The position numbers and the translations under genes are program-made. A model generated the notes under the pieces. The model was not told the DNA's origin and ran no database searches. It saw only the letters and a program-made list of their open reading frames with translations. Below, one piece after another: positions 34,117 through 43,233 of a stretch of 64,000 nt of DNA. This DNA comes from Thermodesulfobacteriota bacterium (lineage in GTDB: Bacteria > Desulfobacterota_D > UBA1144 > Nemesobacterales > Mycalebacteriaceae). The first letter of the stretch is position 1; each line of letters opens with the position of its first letter. Location of the stretch: NCBI GenBank assembly GCA_965205855.1, contig OZ242184.1:896001-960000 (forward strand). Direction: 5' to 3'.

Positions 34117-36659
34117 TACTGTTTGTTGATAACACCGTTTATATCGTCCCGCCAGCTGTCTTCAAACATCATCCTGAAAGTAGCGGGCGTCTTATTGATG
34201 GCCATTTCGCCTCTGTCAAGGGCGATCCTGTATGTTTTTTCAAGCGTGTCGAGCAATTTTTTCTTGTAACTCGTATCTTCGCTGCCTTTCAGGTGGATGC
34301 CCTTTGTTTCCAGAATTAGCAGTTTTCCGTTATCTTTTCGGCAGGCCACAAAATCGGGATACACGCGCTGGCGTCGCCAGCCTTGCAGATAGTACGCTTG
34401 TCTTGCAGCTATTCTGTGCCACCAGTAGATGGCGTTGCTCTTATCCAGATAAAGCGCAAAATCCCGCTCCAGACCGTTAAAACTACTTTCATAAACAGGT
34501 TCAAAAAGGTTTTGCTGTATAGGTCTGCCATGTTCGCTCTGTAATGATCTTTCTTGACTGGAAACAAAAACCTCGAACGACTTGCTCAATTCGTAGTCCA
34601 GTCGCTGGTCGGTCTCAAGGTGAAACCGAATCACATTCCGCCCAACCTTTTCCCGAAACACCGCTTCGGCCTCGTCGTCTATGGCCTTGTTCACGCGGCG
34701 GCTCAATTCTTCGGAAAGGTAAATTCGGTTATTCAACAATTTGCTTTCATCGTGTTTCCTGTTTTTATGTGTTTGAATAAACCCCTCCGCCATGCGCGCC
34801 GCCTGCCACGGATTGGGCACCTTGTCCACAAGCCGCCGAACAAAATAATCCACGCTCAGCCGCTTTTCGCTGTCAGGGATTTGTTCCGAAGCCTTAACCT
34901 GCCCTTGAATGTCCACCGTGGTTTTGATCTCCTGAGTGATGTCTCTATCATCCAGATTCACCGCTGCGCCCGCGTCAATGGTGTCCCAATCAATCGCGCT
35001 TAATATATCGCGGTCGTAATCAATGGGGCGCCAGGTGCGCCCCGCTTTGTGTAACACCTGCGGGAGAAAAATTTTCAATGGCCGGTATTTACCACGACGT
35101 TTGACGGTGGTCGGTTTCGGTGCATCGCCCTCGCCATGCCCGTGAACAAAATCGCCAAGCCCGGTCAGCCCTTCATTCTCCAGGCCGGCCTTCACGCCTT
35201 TGATCGCCTTGCCTACGACCTGATTATAGCAATAGATATAACACTGGTTCAGCGCATCGCCTTGTGCGATTCTGCGTGCATGGGGTTGCCGCATCACCCG
35301 ACCGACCATTTGCGTGATGGCGGTGGTTGCGGTGGTGTTATCCAGCAAGGCAAGCAGATATGCAAACGAGCAATCCCAGCCTTCTTTCAGCGCGTCTTTG
35401 GTGATAATCCAGCGCACCTCGCTTGTCTCGCTCAACAAATCCTCACCCGCAAGTTCCTTGCGTTCCGATGATTGAATCCTGATGTGATTCTCCGGCACAG
35501 CAAGATTTTGTATCAGGTATTCGCGCGCATCCTCCGAATGAATTTTTCCTTGCCCTCTTTGTTTTGCGCCCGTTCTTTCCACCCTGACCAAAGCGATGGG
35601 TCGGATATGGCGGTTTTCCTGTTCCTGTAATTTTTGCGCCGCACTTTCAAGCTCATCCAGTTTTTCCTGTGTTTTGGCAAGCGTGTGTTCCCAGTCGGAA
35701 TTGCTGAAACTGTGAATCTCTATCGGCAGTTTGATCATCTCCTCGTCCTGGAGGTCGCGGCCCGATGTGTTGACCAGGATATTGCTGATGCCGATTTTCG
35801 GCGTGGCGGACAGTTCAAGCACAAAACGGGGGTTGAGCCGGTTGACGGATTTGACAAACTCCTGGTTGTTTTGATTATTCGGTCCATATGCTTTATGCGC
35901 TTCGTCCAAAATCACCGTGGGACGAATCAGTTTCAGCACATTGATCAGGCTTTGCTTAACCCAGTCGCCGGGTGCATTTTTCTCCAGGTCGGGATGGTGT
36001 TCCGAAAGCGTTGCATTGGCCGCCGCGTCATCCTGCTCGGGAAAAAACGACATATACCCGCTGCTGTCGCGGAATATTTTGAGAAACTCCCTGTTCTTTT
36101 GCCGGTTGGCGGAGGGTAGCATCAGCAGCATAATGCAAAGATAGTTTTCGGTATCCTGTCGGGTAAAGCGGTCGGTTTTTTGCAACAATTTGACCCTGCC
36201 GCCAGACATATGTTCGAGCATCTGCCGGTAGGTATGTTCGCGGGTGTGGAACGCCTGGCGGGTCTGCTCGTAGATCGCCCGGGTCGGCACAATCCACAAC
36301 ACAAAGCCGGTATCCCGCTTGATCCGCTCAAGCGTGGCCACGCCCAACAGCGTCTTGCCGCCGCCGGTCGGCACCTTCAGGCAAACATGCGGGATGGGTT
36401 CGCCGGATGCCGCAGTGCGGGAAATGTAGCCGGGAACTGCCATGTCACCGTCTTGGGAAATGCCGGGGAGGATATTTTGATCTTTCAGCGCCTTCCAAGC
36501 TAAGAGGGGATAGTTTTGCAGTTCTTCAGGAATATCAATCCCCGACTCTTCAAGAGCTTTGCCCGCCTTTTCACTAGTCAGCCGCGCTTCCTTGAGCGCG
36601 TCCAGCCAGCGGTCTAACTGTTCAAGAGCTTGTTGCTGATAGTTTTTCAGGGAGAGCAT
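34116..36659 (-). CDS. res: type III restriction Res-like SF2 helicase-nuclease
   Basis: Q motif [40 protein letters not shown]-terminal YPDF...ILETKG nuclease; start MLSLKNYQ at 36659. Confidence 0.9.
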   Translation of the reverse strand: MLSLKNYQQQALEQLDRWLDALKEARLTSEKAGKALEESGIDIPEELQNYPLLAWKALKDQNILPGISQDGDMAVPGYISRTAASGEPIPHVCLKVPTGGGKTLLGVATLERIKRDTGFVLWIVPTRAIYEQTRQAFHTREHTYRQMLEHMSGGRVKLLQKTDRFTRQDTENYLCIMLLMLPSANRQKNREFLKIFRDSSGYMSFFPEQDDAAANATLSEHHPDLEKNAPGDWVKQSLINVLKLIRPTVILDEAHKAYGPNNQNNQEFVKSVNRLNPRFVLELSATPKIGISNILVNTSGRDLQDEEMIKLPIEIHSFSNSDWEHTLAKTQEKLDELESAAQKLQEQENRHIRPIALVRVERTGAKQRGQGKIHSEDAREYLIQNLAVPENHIRIQSSERKELAGEDLLSETSEVRWIITKDALKEGWDCSFAYLLALLDNTTATTAITQMVGRVMRQPHARRIAQGDALNQCYIYCYNQVVGKAIKGVKAGLENEGLTGLGDFVHGHGEGDAPKPTTVKRRGKYRPLKIFLPQVLHKAGRTWRPIDYDRDILSAIDWDTIDAGAAVNLDDRDITQEIKTTVDIQGQVKASEQIPDSEKRLSVDYFVRRLVDKVPNPWQAARMAEGFIQTHKNRKHDESKLLNNRIYLSEELSRRVNKAIDDEAEAVFREKVGRNVIRFHLETDQRLDYELSKSFEVFVSSQERSLQSEHGRPIQQNLFEPVYESSFNGLERDFALYLDKSNAIYWWHRIAARQAYYLQGWRRQRVYPDFVACRKDNGKLLILETKGIHLKGSEDTSYKKKLLDTLEKTYRIALDRGEMAINKTPATFRMMFEDSWRDDINGVINKQ

Positions 36660-36660
36660 A

Positions 36661-37218
36661 TCACGGATTTTTTGAGTCAGTACTGTCTGAATTATTTGGC
36701 AAATTGATGATTTCAACAGGCACATTCCTTTTACCAACTGCAAGACCGACAGCGTAGTTACGGATAATAGTTTGATCCATTTCCATATCCGCATAGCCTT
36801 GTGGATAGTACGAACCCCTTAGAATTTCCATCTGTTCTACCTTAAAATCTAGCACCTTGGCCATTGAGCTAAGCATCTCCGTGAGCAATTCCATTTGCTC
36901 CTTGCCGAGTCGTTCATAGTGCGAACGAGAATCATTTTCTTCGTTAGGCCTCTTAGCATGCGTTTCACCATAATGCTTGCGGAGTGCTGCCCATTTTTCT
37001 ATAACTTCTTTATGCTTAACAAATTCTATCTCAACCAGATTAATGGCTCCGACATAATCAGGTGATAAACGCGCATTTCGTGTACGCATTAACGTCTTGA
37101 ATATATCCATTTTTCGCGCCTTTTGTTCGCGCCATCTGTCAAGAAGACCGTTAACCCAGACAGCTGCGCAAGGACCGATTAAGATGGCTGCAATGGTGAT
37201 GATAGAATATGAATTCAT
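36661..37218 (-). CDS. hypothetical protein with N-terminal TM helix (DUF6680-like)
   Basis: hydrophobic N-terminus; RKMDIFKTLMRTR...SPDYVGAINLVEIEF; YYPQG; family assignment from memory. Confidence 0.65.
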   Translation of the reverse strand: MNSYSIITIAAILIGPCAAVWVNGLLDRWREQKARKMDIFKTLMRTRNARLSPDYVGAINLVEIEFVKHKEVIEKWAALRKHYGETHAKRPNEENDSRSHYERLGKEQMELLTEMLSSMAKVLDFKVEQMEILRGSYYPQGYADMEMDQTIIRNYAVGLAVGKRNVPVEIINLPNNSDSTDSKNP

Positions 37219-37220
37219 GT

Positions 37221-38860
37221 TTATCTTATACCCTCATATGGTAATTGGGCAAAAGTTATCCCCATCTCGGTTAATGCTTTTTGTCCCATGAATTTGTGAG
37301 TGGCGAACACCACCGCGGTTTTCTTTTTTGCCTTGGCCTGTTTGGCGATGCGTTCGGCGCGGGTGCTGTTCAAAGCGGAATCCGCACTGCGCAGAAAATC
37401 AAGGTTCGGCTCGTAGATCAGGTAAAACATTTTGTCACCTGCTTCATAAAATAAACCGTCTTTGCCACGCCTTGTTTTCGGGTTGAGTTTATGCGGCGAT
37501 TGTCCGCTTGCGGTATAGATCAGATGGCGGGCAAAGGTTTCATAGCCCGGCAGGTTCCTGCCGGTGAGCATTTTTTCAATGCTGATTTCATCGCCCAGTG
37601 TGCAATAGGCAAAACTGCCGCCCAGTCCGTTTTTTAGGTTCTCATCCTTTGCTTTTGGTATGCCCTTTATCACACGGCGAACGCGCTCGGCGGTGATTTT
37701 GTCGGCGTAGTCTTCGCATTCCACCAAGATAAATTTGCGGTTGCCGCCGTCTTCCTTGTTCAGCGCAAGCACGGCGTGGGCAGTGGTGCCGGAACCGGCG
37801 AAGGAGTCGAGGATAATGGCGTTTTTTGTCGTTGCCAGTTGTAAAATCTTTTTCACAAGGGAAATTGGTTTGGGGTTTTGGAACTGATTAGAACCAAACA
37901 CCGTCCTCAACTCGATTGTGCCGTTGGTTGTTGTACCTACATCATCCCACCAAGTGCTAGGCGTTAACCCCCTTCGGCGTGCCTCTGACAAAAAACGTTT
38001 GCGCTGAGGTCTGGAACTATTTCTCTTTCCGAATACGATTCTATTGTCTGCAAGAAGCTCCTCAAATTTGTTCAAATCGTTTTTCCAGCAATTACCTTCA
38101 GTGGGGTAAAATATTTCTTTTGTTTTAGGGTTTCTTATCGGATACATCTGATTAGGTCGAACCCCACCAGCCTCAAATGGATCCGCCTTCCATGGGCCTC
38201 TCGGATCATTATCAGGATTTTTGAATCCTTCTAAAATGGCAGGAAGTTTGAAATCTTTTCTAATGGTTTTTAATACATTCAGTTGTTTAGCATAAGCTAT
38301 ATTATGAGTGTGTGATATTGATACTAATGCAGGATTTGTAATTGATTTTGTGCTATGCCACACAAAATCTGCAACAAAATTCTCCTCCCCAAAAATCTCA
38401 TCCATGACCATCCGCAGGCGGTGCTGTTCATTGTCGTCGATGGAAATAAAAATTACGCCATCTTCGGCCAGCAATTCTCTTAACAACTGCAATCTTGGCC
38501 ACATCATGCACAGCCATTTGTCGTGCCGCTCCAGGTCTTCGCCATCCACCGGACTTTTGCCTTTCAGCCACGCCTTCATCATCGGGCTGTTGACATTGTC
38601 GTTATAGACCCATTTCTCATTGCCGGTGTTGTAGGGCGGGTCGATGTAAATGCAGTTGACGCGGCTGGCATAGCGCGGCAGCAACGCCTTGAGCGCGTGC
38701 AGATTGTCGCCGTGGATAATCAGATTGTCATCAAGGGAAGGGTTACCCCCCCATTTTTCGCTGAAAGAGATTTTTTAGTGTCTATCTCAAGTGTCCTGGA
38801 CGGAACAGTCAGGTGGTGCGCATAAATGAGTTGCTTCCCTTTGAAATCAATTGTCGGCAT
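37221..38860 (-). pseudogene. mod: type III Mod N6-adenine methyltransferase, frameshifted at G7 tract (38746-38752)
   Basis: ATG 38860 gives MPTIDFKGK...; NLIIHGDNLHALKAL, IYIDPPYNTG and ILDSFAGSGTT lie in another frame; 1640 nt, one added nt gives 547 codons. Confidence 0.88.
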
Positions 38861-39017
38861 TGAAAACCCCGTAAATCAGTTTGATATTGGCTTTGAAGAT
38901 ACCCGATTTACTCCCCCAACCTAAACCCCTCAACCTCCCGATGCACCGCCCCTTCCCGTCTCAATTCACTCTCCATCAAACAAACTCTTTCAGAAGCAAA
39001 ACCAAGTTCAAACTGCG
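38854..39017. repeat. 164-bp direct repeat copy 1 (thpR 3' end + spacer + first 7 nt of mod)
   Basis: identical by manual alignment to 41675-41838 (offset 2821). Confidence 0.95.
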
Positions 39018-39517
39018 CCCGCGGTGACATGGAGAACCGGATCAAGGATCAGCAGTTGGATTTGTTTGCGGATCGCACCTCTTGTCACCGCTGGTGGCCC
39101 AACCAGTGCCGGCAGTTGCTGTCAGGGTTGGCTTACACGTTGATTGAGGGATTGCGGCGCCTTGCACTACAGGGCACCGAACTGGCCAAAGCCAGTCCTC
39201 ACAGGATCAGGCTGACACTGCTTAAAATCGGTGCCGTGATCATCCGCAACACGCGCCGCATCCGCCTACTGATGAGCAGTGCTTATCCCCATCAGGCGTT
39301 GTTCCGCACGGCAGCCTATCGGCTCAACTCCCCATAAACCCAACCCAGTGCTGCCCCGGCATGTTGATAAACAATGGGGGTAGGGGGAGTTGCGCCCGAA
39401 ATCTGTGAACAACGAAAGAATTGATCAAAGAACAGGCAACTGCATCATATGATGCATCGACAGGGATGGCGCTACCGAAAAATCGACCACCACCGCTTCA
39501 CTCATGAAATATCCGGG
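39018..39517 (+). mobile_element. IS1380-family remnant (transposase C-terminus and right end)
   Basis: ARGDMENRIKDQQLDLFADRTS...IRLTLLKIGAVIIRNTRRIR (stop 39337); terminal ATGAAATATCCGGG at 39504-39517. Confidence 0.9.
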
Positions 39518-39528
39518 ATAGTCTCGCT

Positions 39529-40668
39529 TTATTTTCGGATGAGAAACAGAAATTCTTTATTCGGATCGCTGGATTCCCGCAACCACTCATTTGTCCATTT
39601 CATGGCGGCCATCACATTTTTTTTATACTCAATTTTTGCGCTATCCACAATTTCTCCGTTACGCGTTATCACCTCGTTTAATTCCTCCGCGGTTGCTCGT
39701 CCACCGGAACTGTAAGAGAGCAAGATCCATCGGCAAGGAGTTTCCTTCAGCAAACGCTCTATGGCTTCCACCACAACCAATCGTCCTGATTTGCTTCTAC
39801 GAAATTCCTCGAACACTGAAGTCGCCACTTTATCGGATGTGTCTTTTCTGCGGAGGGACTTGCCAAATAGCACGGGATGATCATTTTTACATATGGTCGT
39901 CCACAAATGATAATATGAAGCGTACCGAACCCTTGAAGGTGGCATTTTTTCATTGTTTGACCCATACGGAGGATCAAAATAAGCAAGATCGGCGTCCGCT
40001 TCGGGAAGTACCTTAAAAACATCACCACACAGCACCGTGTTTTCGATTTCATTTTTCCACAACCGTGGCACTTTCAATTGTAAATTTTTGAATGAACGCG
40101 GCGACCAATCTTTTAAATAAGAAACAAAATGACCAAGAGTACTGTCTATCTCATTCAACCCTAAAATCAGGCTTGTCAATGCCACACTTTTGGAAACGTC
40201 ATCCAGCATCAAGGCATCGATCTCTCTCCTGATTGCATCAAGTTTTCTTGTATTTTTTTTCTGCCAAGGCTTTTTGGTTCCATCCTTCTGAATAGCATTA
40301 TGGCAAGTTCCAGAGCGAACATCACCACCGTAATTCTCAGTAAACCATCCGTCTTCCGGAGGAAGCGAATTTAAATGATCAATAAGAGGTTGGTATATTT
40401 TCGGGTTTTTTAAGTTTTTCAAATAGCACGTGGCAAAAATTCTTGACCATTCGGAAATATCATTTGATACCACGCGATATCCTGCTTGTGCAAAAGATTG
40501 ACTTACTCTGGTGGAGCCTGAAAAACCGTCAAAAATGCTTTTTGCTCCGGTCTGTTTTGACAGATTAAAAATATGTGGAAGCAGTTTCAGTTTTGAGCCT
40601 GCGTAATTGATGCCTTCGGTTTTTGGAACATCAATCCAATCACGAAAAATTTGAACTTGCCCTTGCAT
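39529..40668 (-). CDS. D12-class (alpha group) N6-adenine DNA methyltransferase
   Basis: YAGSKLKL, FDGFSGS (motif I), YFDPPY (motif IV), LLSYS. Confidence 0.92.
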   Translation of the reverse strand: MQGQVQIFRDWIDVPKTEGINYAGSKLKLLPHIFNLSKQTGAKSIFDGFSGSTRVSQSFAQAGYRVVSNDISEWSRIFATCYLKNLKNPKIYQPLIDHLNSLPPEDGWFTENYGGDVRSGTCHNAIQKDGTKKPWQKKNTRKLDAIRREIDALMLDDVSKSVALTSLILGLNEIDSTLGHFVSYLKDWSPRSFKNLQLKVPRLWKNEIENTVLCGDVFKVLPEADADLAYFDPPYGSNNEKMPPSRVRYASYYHLWTTICKNDHPVLFGKSLRRKDTSDKVATSVFEEFRRSKSGRLVVVEAIERLLKETPCRWILLSYSSGGRATAEELNEVITRNGEIVDSAKIEYKKNVMAAMKWTNEWLRESSDPNKEFLFLIRK

Positions 40669-41517
40669 TATGTAACTTTAAAGCGGGAAGCCTGCTTGAG
40701 TCTAACAATATCATCTTTCACTTTTGCAAGAGCCTCATTCTGGCCGAAATCAGAAGAAACAAGCGCGTGAGAAAATAGTTGGACCAAGATAGGATTGTGA
40801 GAATAATCAACCCATCCATTGGTTATGCTATCAAAATAGTTTAAACCACTTTTTGTATGAGTCCAAAGCCCTCGCTGGAGGGCATTGGCGGTTGCGCTTC
40901 CATAACGCACCTCGCAAATATAAGAATCGCTTGCATCGTAGAAACGATATACTGGGTGCTTTCTACCTTTCTTTTTTGTTTCTTTTACTATTTTCACCGT
41001 TTCAGTTTCAGCGCGGTGGTAATCGAAGACAAGAATATTACACTGTCGATTTTTTTCGTCATAAATTAATGGCAAAACATTTACATTGTAAAAATCCGAG
41101 AAAGCGGGGTCGGCAAGCACTCGTTGTACATTTTTCTTGCCCACTATTTCATCCCCCTCTTGTGCCAATCTCGGAAACATTTTGAAATTCTTGTCGGTTG
41201 AAAGTTGAAGGGGACCATCACCATACGCTTTGATGCTAACAGGAAATTCAGCTTCGGTTACTTCATTTATTATTTTGATGTCTTCTTCCCGAGATTTGGC
41301 TCTGTATAAATCTTTGCCAACATGGATCGAGCGAAAATCATACATACTACTGGTTGATAAATTCGGCTATGGCGATTTCTGCCAAATCTCCATGTGTTTT
41401 ATTTCCAATGAGGCGCATGGTGAAAATGTTGCTCAATGTCAAGATTATTAAATCCGGGCGTTTACTCGCAAGAAGCTTCAATCTCGAGATGAAATCTTTA
41501 TATGGATCATTTTTCAT
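40668..41517 (-). pseudogene. putative type II restriction endonuclease split by a 1-nt insertion
   Basis: two abutting ORFs joined at CAG TAG T ATG; PD-(D/E)xK-like EEDI...VSIKAYG; TAATG overlap with the MTase; 850 nt, removing one nt gives 283 codons. Confidence 0.7.
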
Positions 41518-41674
41518 GTTTTTCGTTTGATGCCTCTGTTTTGGTATTTTTATCAACCTTCATTTTTCAGATCGTCGCATGAGCTTGGGTTGAGATGATT
41601 CGGTAGCGTCATCGAGAATTCATGTGTATCAATTGCTGTTCAAGTTTAACCCGTTTTGCCTGTAAATCACCCAA

Positions 41675-41904
41675 TCGGCATTGAAAACCCCGTAAATCAG
41701 TTTGATATTGGCTTTGAAGATACCCGATTTACTCCCCCAACCTAAACCCCTCAACCTCCCGATGCACCGCCCCTTCCCGTCTCAATTCACTCTCCATCAA
41801 ACAAACTCTTTCAGAAGCAAAACCAAGTTCAAACTGCGGCAATTCGGGTAGCTTCATCCTTTTTTTTATCCACCCTATCGTAACGTGCGACATAAAATCC
41901 CGTT
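41675..41904. repeat. direct repeat copy 2: diverged duplicate of the thpR 3' end plus mod upstream region
   Basis: 41697-41904 aligns without gaps to 42620-42827 (about 18 substitutions by manual count); 41675-41838 identical to 38854-39017. Confidence 0.95.
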
Positions 41905-42030
41905 ATTGTAGGCTGCTGTTATGTGTAACGGAGTTTCATATGAAAATTCTCTGCTATGAGCAATTGTGGTCACTGGGATTCTCACAATTGCTGGTTGTGC
42001 GAGCCAGCCAGATTTGACAATGACTCAGTA

Positions 42031-42441
42031 TTAGTGCTCGCCCTCTTGATTAATTTGTTTCCACAAACTGCCGATAGCAAGTAGTGCTGGAATAATAAGT
42101 AGCACCACTACAATTGGCACACTTGATTTAATTACCTCTACATTTAATGCATATACGGTAATAACATCGGATATGTCCGTCAATAATCTGACAATTAATA
42201 TCGCTAAAAGTGCTTTATGAGACTTAAGGAATAAAGCAACTATTATCCCTATAACTACCATTACATTTCTTGTAATGTAAAGTTGTGTAACATAATTCAA
42301 TTCGGAAACCTCTGGTATGAAACCACTTGGGTTCATGGCCGTACCAGCTGAGAAGAAAAGCACTAAAGATATTTGTATTAGAACAATGACCCATACCCAA
42401 ATAGGTAAGAATCCATTGGTTTGACCATTTTTGTAATTCAT
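42031..42441 (-). CDS. low-GC hypothetical membrane protein (about 4 TM)
   Basis: 136-aa hydrophobic ORF with GAGG RBS; AT-rich relative to flanks. Confidence 0.75.
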   Translation of the reverse strand: MNYKNGQTNGFLPIWVWVIVLIQISLVLFFSAGTAMNPSGFIPEVSELNYVTQLYITRNVMVVIGIIVALFLKSHKALLAILIVRLLTDISDVITVYALNVEVIKSSVPIVVVLLIIPALLAIGSLWKQINQEGEH

Positions 42442-42462
42442 ATTTGCAACCTCTTATTTTTA

Positions 42463-42619
42463 CCTAATTATCACTTAAACTAAGCAGAGTTTCAAGATAT
42501 TTTCCGGCATCGGCGGCGTTTTGAGCGCTGCATAAGCAAGTCTCGGTATTAACTCGCACAAATCAAAGCGACGATTGAAACGATACTGAAATTCTGACAA
42601 ATAACGCTGTGCGTATTTT
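42463..42619 (-). mobile_element. IS1595-family (ISSod11-like) 3' remnant
   Basis: minus strand encodes KYAQRYLSEFQYRFNRRFDLCELIPRLAYAALKTPPMPE...*, followed by GTGATAATTAGG terminal sequence. Confidence 0.82.
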
Positions 42620-42651
42620 TCAGTTTGATATTGGCTTTGAAAATACCCGAT

Positions 42652-43233
42652 TTACTCCCCCAACCTAAAACCCTCAACCTCCCGATGCACCGCCCCTTCT
42701 CGTCTCAATTCACTCTCCATCAAACAAACCCTGTCAGAAACAAACTCAAGTTTAAACTGCGGCAATTCGGGCAGTTTTATCCTTTTTCTTATCCGCCCTA
42801 TCGTAATGTGTGGTATAAAATCCCGTTTCTCCGGCTCAAAACCGATTGTCTCAAGTTTTGAGTCAATCTCGTCCTTGAGACTGAAAAACGCGTCCCCGGA
42901 TTCCGCAATCACCGCAAGCGTCTGCGTATAACGGCGGAGTATAAGCGCCTCAACCCCGTCCGTTGTGATGTCGAGCGGCACAAACCGCTTGCAACAACTT
43001 TCAATAACCCCGCACAGTTCGGGAATCAATTCGCGGCGCGTCTCTCCGAGAAACCTTAAAGTAATATGGAATTTTTCAGACAGCTCCCAACGCACATGGC
43101 GGAGCGAGCGTATTGCGGCGGAACGGGATTTTATCACCCTTTTTGCTTTTTCGGGAACTTCAAGAGAAATAAAAAGCCGGACGGTAGCGCTGTCAACTCT
43201 CAAGCTCAACATTCCAGTATGAGGCATCAACAA
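42652..43233 (-). CDS. thpR: RNA 2',3'-cyclic phosphodiesterase (2H family); start uncertain (43203-43233)
   Basis: RLFISL, HITLRFLG, PHITIGR, LMESEL...GAVH. Confidence 0.92.
   Translation of the reverse strand: MLMPHTGMLSLRVDSATVRLFISLEVPEKAKRVIKSRSAAIRSLRHVRWELSEKFHITLRFLGETRRELIPELCGVIESCCKRFVPLDITTDGVEALILRRYTQTLAVIAESGDAFFSLKDEIDSKLETIGFEPEKRDFIPHITIGRIRKRIKLPELPQFKLEFVSDRVCLMESELRREGAVHREVEGFRLGE

Noticed and set aside
36660-36794. N-terminal extensions in the ORF track (res 36794, rpe 10319, scpB 17670, HDAC 27163, efp 50032)
   Set aside because: They overlap neighbouring genes or promoters; family-typical starts lie downstream.
41697-42827. Diversity-generating retroelement TR/VR pair (diverged copy of a gene 3' end)
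   Set aside because: Mismatches are not confined to adenines on either strand and there is no reverse transcriptase in the window.
38854-42827. CRISPR array or true integron
   Set aside because: Repeats are 164-230 bp gene fragments with kb-scale spacers; no cas or intI gene and no complete attC stem was seen.
42625-42861. 78-aa + strand ORF over the repeat
   Set aside because: Antisense to thpR; no independent support.
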